In this document: positions 46,453-55,488 of the stretch, one piece after another | Layout: the number at the start of each line of letters is the position of its first letter | How positions within the stretch are numbered: the stretch's first letter is position 1 | Assembly: GCA_965247635.1 (NCBI GenBank) | Contig: CBDFHJ010000008.1 | Location: 252,381 to 316,380 of the forward strand | Direction: 5' to 3' | Source of the DNA: Dehalococcoidia bacterium | GTDB lineage: Bacteria; Chloroflexota; Dehalococcoidia; Lucifugimonadales; Australimonadaceae | DNA length: 64,000 bases | Notes under the pieces: model-generated | The model's database searches: none | Told to the model about the DNA's origin: nothing | The model's input: only the letters and a program-made list of their open reading frames with translations | Position numbers and translations under genes: made by a program

Positions 46453-47595
46453 GTGCCACGTTTAGACGTATCTCTCCGAAGGTCTCGTGTCGCCCTTGAG
46501 CTTAGCCAGGAGGCGCTGGCGCGGGCGGCGGGCATAAGCCGTCAAGCCTACGCCGCCATCGAGACCGGTGGAGCCACGCCTTCCACCGAGGTGGCGCTAC
46601 GCTTGGCGCGCGCCCTGGACACGTCGGTGGAAGGGTTGTTCAGCCTGCCGGACGGCCCCGCGTCTGTGGTGGAGGCGGAGCTGGTGTCGGGACCAGGGCC
46701 CCTGGGAGAGACGCAGGTACGGGTACAGCTCCACCAGGTGGGAGATCGCTGGCTGGCCAGACCCCTTCAGGGCGAACCGTGGGGCCCAAGCATCAGCCAC
46801 ACCCTGCCGACGGCCCAAGGCTTGGCACGTGGTGGCGACGTAGACGGCTCCATGGGGCGCCGGGTAGCGGTGGACGTGTGGCCCAAGGGACAGGGCCGGG
46901 GCGCTGAATTAGTGGTGGCCGGGTGCGACCCGGCCATGGGCGTGGTGGCGGCTTACTTGCAACCCCAAGGCGTGGAGCTGGTCCCGTTAGAGCTGGGTAG
47001 CCGCGCGGCCCTGGAGCAGGTGGCGCGTGGCCAGGCCCACGTGGCGGGCTGCCACTTGATGGATGAGGCCACGGGCCAGTTCAACGTGCCGTGGGTGAAA
47101 CGCATTCTCCCCTTCCCTGCCACGGTGGTCACCTTCGCGGTGTGGGAGCAGGGACTGCTGGTGCGTCCGGGCAACCCGAAAGGGGTGCGTGGCGTAGCGG
47201 ACCTGGCCCGGCCCGGTGTGTCCATGGTGAACCGGGAGGCTGGCTCCGGAAGCCGCGCCCTGCTGGACGCAAAGCTGCGGGAGGCGGCGGTCCCGGTTCA
47301 GGAGGTGGCGGGCTACGGCGTGGAGGCGCGGAGTCACCTGGTGGTTGCCGAGGTCGTGGCCATGGGCATGGCGGACGTTGGCGTCGGGGTGAAGGCTGCG
47401 GCGGTGGCTGCCGGCCTGGACTTTGTATCGTTGGGCCAAGAGCGATACGACCTGGTGGTCCCCGACCATTTCCTTGGACTACCGGCGGTGCAGCGGCTGC
47501 TGGCGGCGCTCCGGCGGCGTGAGCTTCGGCGACAGGTGGAGGCCCTGGGCGGCTACGACACGTCGGTCATGGGCGCCGAAGCACCGGCGGCCTAG
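46453..47595 (+). CDS. XRE-type HTH plus PBP-like domain regulator of molybdate/tungstate uptake
   Basis: LSQEALARAAGISRQAY..IE HTH; GCDPA, HVAGCHL, VNREAGSGSR and ERYDLV motifs. Confidence 0.85.
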   Translation: MPRLDVSLRRSRVALELSQEALARAAGISRQAYAAIETGGATPSTEVALRLARALDTSVEGLFSLPDGPASVVEAELVSGPGPLGETQVRVQLHQVGDRWLARPLQGEPWGPSISHTLPTAQGLARGGDVDGSMGRRVAVDVWPKGQGRGAELVVAGCDPAMGVVAAYLQPQGVELVPLELGSRAALEQVARGQAHVAGCHLMDEATGQFNVPWVKRILPFPATVVTFAVWEQGLLVRPGNPKGVRGVADLARPGVSMVNREAGSGSRALLDAKLREAAVPVQEVAGYGVEARSHLVVAEVVAMGMADVGVGVKAAAVAAGLDFVSLGQERYDLVVPDHFLGLPAVQRLLAALRRRELRRQVEALGGYDTSVMGAEAPAA

Positions 47596-47608
47596 GAAGG
47601 CGGGGCAT

Positions 47609-48433
47609 GTGCGGTTGCTGGCGACGGCATCCATCCTTATGGCCATGGCCGGTGCATGCGGCGGTGCTGGATCATCTGGCGAGGATGAACTGTTGGTAGG
47701 CGCCGCGTCCAGCATGGAGCCGCTGTTCAGCGAGCTGGGACCGGCTTTCGAACGGGAGAGCGGCGCAAGCCTTACTTTTGTCTACGGATCGTCCGGCAGC
47801 CTGACCGTGCAGATCGAGCAGGGCGCGCCCCTGGACGTCTTCGCGTCGGCCGACTCTCACTACGTCAATCGCTTGATGGGCCAGGGCCTCGTCCTGAACA
47901 ATCGGGGACGAGTCGTCGCCGAAGGGCGGCTGGCAGTCCTTACCACCATCGAGCTAGACTCGGGCGCCACGTGGCGCGACGCCGTCACCGACGATCGCGT
48001 GCGGTATATCGCCATTGCCAATCCGGAGGTAGCGCCCTACGGCTTAGCGGCCCGAGCGGCATTGAACGATCCAGACCTATGGGAGGTGGTCCAGCCGAGG
48101 CTGGTGTACGGCGAGAACGTGGCTCAGGTACTCCAGTTCGTCCAGAGCGGGAACGCGGACGTGGGCGTCGTGGCGCTGTCGTTGGTGGCGCCGTCGCCTC
48201 CTGAGGGCGTGACGGTGCTCCCGCTTGACCCGTGCGACCACGGTCTGATACTGCACGCCGTGGCCGCCGTGAGGAACCCCAAGACCGCCGCGTACCCGGA
48301 GCTGGCGGAAGAGTTCATGGCGTTTATGGGCAGCGCTACTGCGAAGGCGCTCCTGGAGCAATTTGGCTACGATCCCCCCGTGCATGGAGGAGGACGAGGA
48401 GGACATCGTGGTGAGCCAAGGCGGTGCGAGTAG
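47609..48433 (+). CDS. modA: molybdate ABC transporter substrate-binding lipoprotein
   Basis: AASSM, GSSG.L..QIEQGAP.DVFASAD, IANPEVAPYG and GENV motifs. Confidence 0.92.
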   Translation: MRLLATASILMAMAGACGGAGSSGEDELLVGAASSMEPLFSELGPAFERESGASLTFVYGSSGSLTVQIEQGAPLDVFASADSHYVNRLMGQGLVLNNRGRVVAEGRLAVLTTIELDSGATWRDAVTDDRVRYIAIANPEVAPYGLAARAALNDPDLWEVVQPRLVYGENVAQVLQFVQSGNADVGVVALSLVAPSPPEGVTVLPLDPCDHGLILHAVAAVRNPKTAAYPELAEEFMAFMGSATAKALLEQFGYDPPVHGGGRGGHRGEPRRCE

Positions 48434-49107
48434 CGATGGACCTCTTCCCGTTGGCTATGAGTCTGCGAGTGGCGCTGGTGAGCACGGTCCTCGCCGTGGT
48501 AGTCGGCTTGCCGCTGGCGTGGGGCTTGGCGCGGCTGCGCTTCTGGGGCCGCGACCTTGCCTCCAGCGTGGTCTTGCTGCCCATGCTGCTACCGCCGACC
48601 GTGCTGGGCTACTACCTGCTGCAGCTGGTGGGCCGCCAGAGCGCGATCGGGTCGCTTCTGGAGAGCACGCTCGGCTTCTCGCTGGTGTTCCACTGGAGCG
48701 GGGCCGTGCTGGCGGCCTTCGTGGCCTCCGCCCCCTTCCTAATTCGCACGGCTCAGGCGGGCTTCGAGGCCGTGGACCCTGCGTACGAGGAGGCGGCCAG
48801 GACGCTCGGCAGGTCGGAGGTAGCCGTCTTCCTTACGGTGACCGTGCCGTTGGCGTGGAAGGCGATCGCGGCGGGCGTGGCGATGGCGTTGGCGCGGGCC
48901 ATGGGTGAGTTCGGCGCGACGCTGATGTTGGCGGGCAACGTTCCGGACCGGACCCAAACCATGTCGGTGGCCATCTACGACGCGGTCCAGGCCAACCGCA
49001 TCGGTGAAGCACAGGTGATGGCGGTCACCCTAACCTTGGTGACGCTGGGCCTGCTGGTGGGCATCGGCATGTTGGGCGCGGGCAGGGGGTTGATGTGGCG
49101 GCGCTGA
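48424..49107 (+). CDS. modB: molybdate ABC transporter permease
   Basis: LPPTVLGYYLL, EEAARTLG and ARAMGEFGATLMLAGN motifs. Confidence 0.95.
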   Translation: MRVAMDLFPLAMSLRVALVSTVLAVVVGLPLAWGLARLRFWGRDLASSVVLLPMLLPPTVLGYYLLQLVGRQSAIGSLLESTLGFSLVFHWSGAVLAAFVASAPFLIRTAQAGFEAVDPAYEEAARTLGRSEVAVFLTVTVPLAWKAIAAGVAMALARAMGEFGATLMLAGNVPDRTQTMSVAIYDAVQANRIGEAQVMAVTLTLVTLGLLVGIGMLGAGRGLMWRR

Positions 49108-50282
49108 CGGTAGACGTCCAGACCAAGGTCGGCGACTTCCTGCTGGACGTCCGGTTCGACGTAACCGGAGGGACCGCCGCCGTCTTGGGTGCGTCGGGAG
49201 CTGGCAAGACGCTGACGCTGCGGAGCATCGCCGGGCTGGTACGGCCGCAGGCGGGGACCATCGTGCTGGGCGGACGAACGCTGTTCGACGCCACAACGGG
49301 GGTCCGCGTGGCCACTCGGCACCGACGCCTGGGCTACGTGTTTCAAGAGTACGCCCTCTTTCCTCATATGCCCGCGCGAGGCAATCTCGCCTACGGCCTC
49401 ACGGCGTGGACGAAGGAAATGGCGCGACACCGCGTCGCGGAGCTGGTGACCATGCTCGGCTTGGAGGGCCTGGAGGACAGGCACCCTAACGAGCTCTCGG
49501 GTGGCGAGCGTCAGCGGGTGGCCTTGGGCCGGGCCTTGGCCCCGGCACCCGAGCTGCTACTGTTGGACGAGCCGTTCTCGGCGCTGGACACGCCCACCAG
49601 GATCGCCCTCATCGAGGAGTTCCAGGCGCTGCAGGAGCGGCTCGGTTTCACCGCGCTCCTGGTAACGCACGACGTGGCGGAGGCTTACGCCCTCTCCACC
49701 TACTTGGTGCTGCTGAGCGGCGGCAACGTGGTCCAAGCGGGGCCGCGCGACGAGGTGTTCCACCATCCGCAGTCCCCAGAGGCGGCGCGATTGGTGGGGG
49801 TCCGGAACCTGCTGCCCGGCCGAGTGATCGCCGCCGACGGAGAACAAACGATGGTGGAAGTGGAGGGGGTGCGACTGGCAGGGCGTGCACCCCATGCAAG
49901 TGCGGTATCTTCATCCTTCGACAGGCTCAGGATGAACGGAATAAGTACCGCTCGTGGTGAGCTTGTCGAACCATCAAGCCCGCGCCGGACCGCCCTAGGC
50001 GCGGGTGATGCCGTGACGGTGGGCATCCGTCCGGAGGACATAGCGGTGAGGCCGGGGTTCGCCCCAGACCCACAAAAGCCGTCCCTATCGCCTGAGCTGC
50101 CCGCCACGCTGGTGCAGGCCACGGACCGGGGGACGCGCCGGCGGTTGCTGCTGGCGCTCCGCGGCGATGGAGGTGCCGGGCCGCAGCTCCACGTGGAGAC
50201 GGACCAGGCGGCGGGTCCGCTGTCCAGCGAATGGACGGTGGTGGTCCCACCCGGCGCGGTACACGTGTGGCCCAGGGGGTAG
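49095..50282 (+). CDS. modC: molybdate ABC transporter ATPase with an in-frame palindromic insertion
   Basis: GASGAGKT, FQEYALFPH, LSGGERQRVA and LLLDEPF motifs. Confidence 0.9.
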   Translation: MAALTVDVQTKVGDFLLDVRFDVTGGTAAVLGASGAGKTLTLRSIAGLVRPQAGTIVLGGRTLFDATTGVRVATRHRRLGYVFQEYALFPHMPARGNLAYGLTAWTKEMARHRVAELVTMLGLEGLEDRHPNELSGGERQRVALGRALAPAPELLLLDEPFSALDTPTRIALIEEFQALQERLGFTALLVTHDVAEAYALSTYLVLLSGGNVVQAGPRDEVFHHPQSPEAARLVGVRNLLPGRVIAADGEQTMVEVEGVRLAGRAPHASAVSSSFDRLRMNGISTARGELVEPSSPRRTALGAGDAVTVGIRPEDIAVRPGFAPDPQKPSLSPELPATLVQATDRGTRRRLLLALRGDGGAGPQLHVETDQAAGPLSSEWTVVVPPGAVHVWPRG

Positions 50283-50335
50283 CTCGTGCCACTCAGGAAC
50301 TCTAACCCTAGAGAACCCCTGCTATAATGCGCGGC

Positions 50336-52010
50336 ATGCGGACGTTCTTACGTCTAGCTCTTGTTGGTGTGTTATGTGTGCTGCTCCTCGCGGCATGCGG
50401 TGGTGGGTCGCCTGACCCCCAGAAGATCCTGAACGAATCGTTCACGGCCATGGAAGGTTTGGAGTCGATTCACTTTGAAACGCGCATGGAGTTCCTACCG
50501 AGCGCAGAGTCGAGCGAAGGTGACCCCGGCATTTCCGAGCCGTTTACTATTACTACCATTGGGGACTTCCAAGGCCCAGACCACATGCGCTTTGCGACTT
50601 CGGGGGTTTTCGCGCGGGAATTCATTACCATCGGCAGTACCCAATACTCCAAGTACCCAGGAGGTCAATGGGTATCGAAGGAGGCCAGTGCCGAAGACCA
50701 AGGAGACCTGTTCGCCCTCTGGACTATTCTCGATCCTTCCCAGATTCGGGACCTGATTTACGCAGGCGAGGAAGCCATTAGCGGTGTTCCCACGCACTAC
50801 CTGACGGGCCTGGTGCCGGAAGGGAGCATGCCTGACCTCGAAACCGACCTAACCATCGAATTCTGGGTGGGAGTGGAAGATAACCTATGGCGACAGGTAC
50901 GATCGGAAACTGAGCTAGCCTCTCCAGAAGGCGTAAGCCAAATCAACACCCTGCAATTCGCTGCCTTCGGAGAGTTCATAGCGATTGAAGCCCCTGAGCC
51001 GATCGCACTACTATTGCAAATCTTGTCCATTTCGCCGACTCAAGCACGCCCGGACGAGCCGTTCACCATCTCGTTTACCGCGCAGAACGGCATCGATGCA
51101 CCGCTCAGCACCACCGTTGACCTCCTCATCAACGACGAGACGGTCGAGACGTTCACTGTCTCGGACCTTGCTCCCGGTGCCTCCCAAACCTTTGACCTGG
51201 AGGTGGCGCGGTCAGAGCCAGGTACTTATCGGATGCAGATCGCCGGCGGTCCGTCCTTTACCCTTTTGGTGATGGGGCTGCTTGTGACGGACCTATCCAT
51301 TTCAGCGGAGACGGTAGGTCCGAACAAGCCGGTCACCATAGAGCTTGTGACGGAGAACGTAACCGATGCTGCGCTCAGCACCACCGTTGACCTGCTCATC
51401 AACGATGCGACAGCCGAGACGTTCACCGTCTCGGACCTCGCGCCCGGAGCTTCGCGGACCTTCACCACCGAGGTTGCACGCGCACAACCGAGGAGCTATA
51501 GGGTGGAGGTCGAGGGACCAGTTACCGGGGTCCTTGTACTTTCCTTCAGCCTCCTTTACCGTGACGGAGCTGGTGATATCGGACTCTTCCGTTACGCCTC
51601 AAGAGGTTCCACCGGACGCGCCGGTCACGGTGGAGTTTGTGGCGCGGAACGTGACCGATGCACCCCTCAGTACTACCGTCGACATCCTCATCAATTACGA
51701 GACGGCCGAGACCCTCACGGTCTCAGACCTCGCTCCCGGCGCTTCCCAACGCTTTAGCCTGGAGGTGGCGCGGTCAGAGCCAGGTACTTATCAGGTGAAC
51801 GTCAGGGACACCTATGCCTCCTTTACGGTGACTTCAGGCATACCCGATCCCACGGCGATTCCGGCGGAGGACACGGTCCCTGTCGGAGAGGCAGTAGCTG
51901 TCGGGGCGACGCCGCCACCCACGCCCACTCCGGCGGAGGACACGGTCGCCATCAAGGAGGCAGTAGCTGTCGAGGCGACGCCGCCACCCACGCCCACTCC
52001 GAATCCCTGA
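50336..52010 (+). CDS. lipoprotein with an LppX/LprAFG-like N-domain and three CARDB-like Ig repeats; +1 frameshift near 51541
   Basis: LLAAC lipobox; three LSTTVD.LIN....T.TVSDLAPGAS repeats. Removing one T in ACTTTCC joins the two ORFs. A 60-bp tandem repeat lies in the tail. Confidence 0.78.
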
Positions 52011-52266
52011 GCCAGCAGTACCAACCCTGACGCCTATCCTGAGAACGGCAGAGTGAAGACCAACCCAAGGTAGCCGTGCATGCAGGAATGCCAGTGAGGC
52101 GAGCCATCGTCAGTATGAATCCCCACGACGAGTGCGCTCATCCAACCATACGAAAGCGCGATGAGACCTATCTAGCGGCCGGTTGCCCGACGTAGGGCAT
52201 CTCCCCCGCAAGCGCTAACGTACTCCCTTACAGGATGCCGGTGTTAGGTATACTTGTTAGGGTAGT

Positions 52267-53193
52267 TTGGGGGAAAGAGAGAGCGGGGTGAGGGGAGTGG
52301 CATCTATAGTAGGTGGACGCAGCGTGGCGCGGACCATGTTGTGGCCGGTGGCGCTGCTGGTGCTGGCCTTGGGTGCGGCGCTGGTAGGCGCGGTGATCAC
52401 GGGTACCGAGACCGGCGCGGTCACGGGCGGCGTCGAGTCGTTCTCCGCGTCAGCGAGCAACCGCCTGGGCTCGCTCAGCGATTTCCTTCCCTTTGGTTTC
52501 GCCTTTGCCGCCGGCATGGTGTCCTCGGTCAATCCGTGCGGGTTCGCCATGCTGCCGGCGTATCTGGGGCTGTACTTGGGCGACGATAAAGCGACGCAGG
52601 GACGGCTGCAGGCCCTAGGCAGGCTTCGCCGTGCACTGATAGTGGGGTCGGTAGTAACGCTCGGCTTCATTCTGCTCTTCGGCGTGGTGGGAGTGACCAT
52701 CGGCGCCGGCGCCCGGCCGCTCATCAAGTACTTTCCATGGATCGGCCTGGGGGTTGGCGTGCTCCTGGCGGGGGCCGGAGCGTGGCTGATCGCGGGTGGC
52801 TCGCTGTACACGGCGCTGGCGGAGCGGTTGTCGGTCCGCATGGGCAACGCTGGGCAGCGAGGGATTCAGGGCTACTTCGCCTTTGGCTTGGGCTACGGGA
52901 CCGCGTCGCTCAGCTGCACGCTGCCGATCTTCCTCACGGTGGTGGGCAGCACATTGACCCTGGGCACGTTGGTGGACTCAGTGGTGCAGTTTGTAATGTA
53001 CGGTCTTGGCATGGGCATGGTGATCATGGCCCTAACGCTGAGCATGGCCCTGTTCCAGGGGGCAATGGTCAAGGGAATGCGCCGGGCCCTACCCTACATC
53101 CAGCCGGTGAGCGCCGTGCTGCTGCTGATAGCCGGCGCCTACATCGTCTACTACTGGCTCACGCTGGGAGAGCTCCTCGACTCGTTCACCTAG
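52267..53193 (+). CDS. ccdA: cytochrome c biogenesis CcdA / DsbD-TM family protein
   Basis: NPCGFAMLPAYL and SLSCTLPIFL Cys pair; multi-TM. Start uncertain. Confidence 0.85.
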   Translation: MGERESGVRGVASIVGGRSVARTMLWPVALLVLALGAALVGAVITGTETGAVTGGVESFSASASNRLGSLSDFLPFGFAFAAGMVSSVNPCGFAMLPAYLGLYLGDDKATQGRLQALGRLRRALIVGSVVTLGFILLFGVVGVTIGAGARPLIKYFPWIGLGVGVLLAGAGAWLIAGGSLYTALAERLSVRMGNAGQRGIQGYFAFGLGYGTASLSCTLPIFLTVVGSTLTLGTLVDSVVQFVMYGLGMGMVIMALTLSMALFQGAMVKGMRRALPYIQPVSAVLLLIAGAYIVYYWLTLGELLDSFT

Positions 53194-53240
53194 CCGGGGA
53201 GAGTTTCAGAGCCCTCCGAAGGGGTCCGGAGTCCTTCCGA

Positions 53241-53424
53241 CCGTTCATGGTTCGACTGGCTCACCACGAACCCCCTTCTGTCACCCTGAACGAAGTGAAG
53301 GGTCTGGTACCAGATTCCTCGTCCTTCCCCGGAAGGACTCGGAATGACAGGCGCTACAGGTATTCCTGAGCTTGTCGAAGGATGAGTGGATTATGTCCCG
53401 ACAGGTCGGGACTGACTCACCACG
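53241..53424. repeat. composite nested palindromic cluster between convergent genes
   Basis: GGTTCGACTGGCTCACCACG; TGTCACCCTGAAC...GAAGGGTCT / GATTCCTCG[TCCTTCCCCGGAAGGA]CTCGGAATGACA; CCTGAGCTTGTCGAAGG; GTCCCGACAGGTCGGGAC. Confidence 0.85.
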
Positions 53425-53982
53425 CTACGTGAATGTACGCTCAATCCAGGCGATACCGTAGCGGCCGGCCAGGGCTAAGGCCGTGACTTGCACTATCTTT
53501 CCCGCGGTGGTGTAGAGCAGGAAGCGCCACAGCGGGTAGCGGACCGAGCCTGCCCAGATGCCTGCGACGTCGAAGGGAAGCGGGGTCGCGGCGAAGACGA
53601 AGAAGGTTACTCCGCCCCAGCGGTTGGTGAAGGAGCGCAGGACGTTGTAGTACCTATGCTCCCTGACTCCCGCACGATGTCCGCCGACGCCCACCACGTA
53701 TCCAACAATCTCGCCTAACGCAGCCCCGATGCCCCCGATCAGGCCAAGCAACCAGGGGTTCAGCGTGGCCGCGAAGCCCACGATGAACGCCTGGCCTATG
53801 GCAGGCACCAGGATGGTGGCGCTGTTGATGACCTGGCTGAGGAAGGCTCCGAGGTACCCCCAATCGCCCATGCGTCCGAAGGCGTCCCGGTAGTAGACCA
53901 GGACCGCTGTCACCACCACTGACAGCCCCAAGGCTCCGAGGAGGAAGATCCAGTCGGTCCGTTGTTGGACTCCGGTGCGCAT
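53425..53982 (-). CDS. VTT/SNARE-associated (DedA-like) membrane protein
   Basis: GAALGEIVGY and P.PFDVAGI.AG..RYP..RF motifs. Confidence 0.85.
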   Translation of the reverse strand: MRTGVQQRTDWIFLLGALGLSVVVTAVLVYYRDAFGRMGDWGYLGAFLSQVINSATILVPAIGQAFIVGFAATLNPWLLGLIGGIGAALGEIVGYVVGVGGHRAGVREHRYYNVLRSFTNRWGGVTFFVFAATPLPFDVAGIWAGSVRYPLWRFLLYTTAGKIVQVTALALAGRYGIAWIERTFT

Positions 53983-54083
53983 GACGCAACCCTTCCTGCG
54001 TTGACGCCGGTCTTTTATCAAGCCCGGGTGCGGTCTTCAAAGGGGCAGATGAAATACATCCAGGGATGAAAAGGGAATGCCCT

Positions 54084-54497
54084 CTACCCGCCAGGCTCCG
54101 CGGCCGGGGCCAGCTCACGCAATAACGCGGCCACCTTGGTTTCGATCTGGTCGCGCACGCGCCGGACCACCGTTAACGGTTTACCCGCTGGGTCCTCCAG
54201 GCCCCAGTCGTCTGACGGAACGAACGTCGCTGGACACGTCTCGTCGATGGTGCAACCCATGGTGATCGCGCGGTCGGCCCGGTCCACCATCGCTTGGGTG
54301 ATGACCTTTGGCCTGTGGTGGGAGATGTCAATCTTCCGCTCGCGCATGGCCGCCACGACCATCGGGTTGATAGCGCCGCCAGGCATGGTTCCCGCCGACT
54401 CGGCCGCCACGACGCCGGCGCTTAAGTGACGGGCGAAAGCCTCCGCCATTTGACTTCGCCCCGAGTTGTGGACGCAGACGAACAGGACGCGTGCCAT
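54084..54497 (-). CDS. arsC: LMW-PTP-fold arsenate reductase
   Basis: CVHNSGRSQMAE, TMGC....CP and WGLEDP motifs. Confidence 0.9.
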   Translation of the reverse strand: MARVLFVCVHNSGRSQMAEAFARHLSAGVVAAESAGTMPGGAINPMVVAAMRERKIDISHHRPKVITQAMVDRADRAITMGCTIDETCPATFVPSDDWGLEDPAGKPLTVVRRVRDQIETKVAALLRELAPAAEPGG

Positions 54498-54647
54498 GTT
54501 CGATCCTCCCAAGGATTCTCTCGTAGGTTACCAAATGTGGGGCGCAACCGGGCAACCCTGCGTGCTACCATAGCCTTCCACTCGTAGCGGCGGTAGCAGT
54601 GGGACGCGAAAGGCCGCCGTGGCGCGGTGCGCTGACAGGAGGTGGCC

Positions 54648-55118
54648 ATGGCACGCCGATACTGGCTGTTCAAGTCGGAGCCTGAGGCCTACTCGTACCA
54701 GGACCTTGAGCGCGATGGCGTAGCGGAGTGGGACGGCGTCCGCAACTACCAGGCGCGAAATATGCTGCGCGACGACATTCAGGAGGACGACGGGGTGTTG
54801 TTCTACCACAGCAGCACCGCGGAGCTGGGCGTGGTGGGTACCGCCACGGTTGTCCGCGCGGGCTACCCGGACCACACGGCATGGGACCCAAACTCCGAGC
54901 ATCCTGACCCTAAGAGCACGCCGGAAAACCCAACCTGGTACATGGTGGACATCAAGCCGACGGGAAGGCTCGCAGGGCCGGTGACGCTGGAAAGTATGCG
55001 AACGGCGCCAGAGCTGCGGGAGATGATGCTGCTGCGCCGAGGTATGCGGCTGTCCATCCAGCCAGTGACGGAGGAGGAGTGGAAGGTGGTCTGCCGTATG
55101 GGCGGCGCTAACCCATAA
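54648..55118 (+). CDS. EVE domain protein
   Basis: YWLFKSEP, WDGVRNYQARN, FYHS and RLSIQPV motifs. Confidence 0.95.
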   Translation: MARRYWLFKSEPEAYSYQDLERDGVAEWDGVRNYQARNMLRDDIQEDDGVLFYHSSTAELGVVGTATVVRAGYPDHTAWDPNSEHPDPKSTPENPTWYMVDIKPTGRLAGPVTLESMRTAPELREMMLLRRGMRLSIQPVTEEEWKVVCRMGGANP

Positions 55119-55186
55119 CCCATAACCCTTACCCTTGCGTGGGTCTGTGGCTATCGGGGATTAGCACAAGCGTCGCAGGATGAAGG

Positions 55187-55381
55187 CTACTCGGGCGTGG
55201 CGGCGTCTAAGTTGAGGTGGTACTTGTCGCCTGTGCCGGGCCCATCGACGATGACGACCTCGTGGACGTAGTCGCCGGTGGTCTCAATGTGCAGGGAAGT
55301 GCCGGTGGTCTCCACCAGGATGCCGCTGGGGCTTTTGAAGCGCAGGCCGGCCTCTACACTCTCCGATTCGACGTAACTCAT
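55187..55381 (-). CDS. small beta-rich hypothetical protein (64 aa)
   Basis: AAGGAAC RBS; coherent codon usage. Confidence 0.65.
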   Translation of the reverse strand: MSYVESESVEAGLRFKSPSGILVETTGTSLHIETTGDYVHEVVIVDGPGTGDKYHLNLDAATPE

Positions 55382-55405
55382 GTTAGCTTCTTTGTTCCTT
55401 TCTCT

Positions 55406-55488
55406 TGACTTCGCGTAGCGAGGAGGGTGACTTCGCGTAGCGAGGAGGGTGACTTCGCGTAGCGAGGAGGGTGACTTCGCTCAGCGAG
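55406..55488. repeat. 22-bp tandem repeat, 3 perfect copies plus 1 variant
   Basis: TGACTTCGCGTAGCGAGGAGGG at 55406, 55428 and 55450; the variant at 55472 overlaps the stop of the upstream gene. Confidence 0.92.

Noticed and set aside
55109-55136. Telomere-like TAACCC repeats
   Set aside because: Only 3-4 degenerate units derived from duplication of the EVE gene end.
55406-55488. CRISPR array
   Set aside because: Head-to-tail repeats with no spacers.
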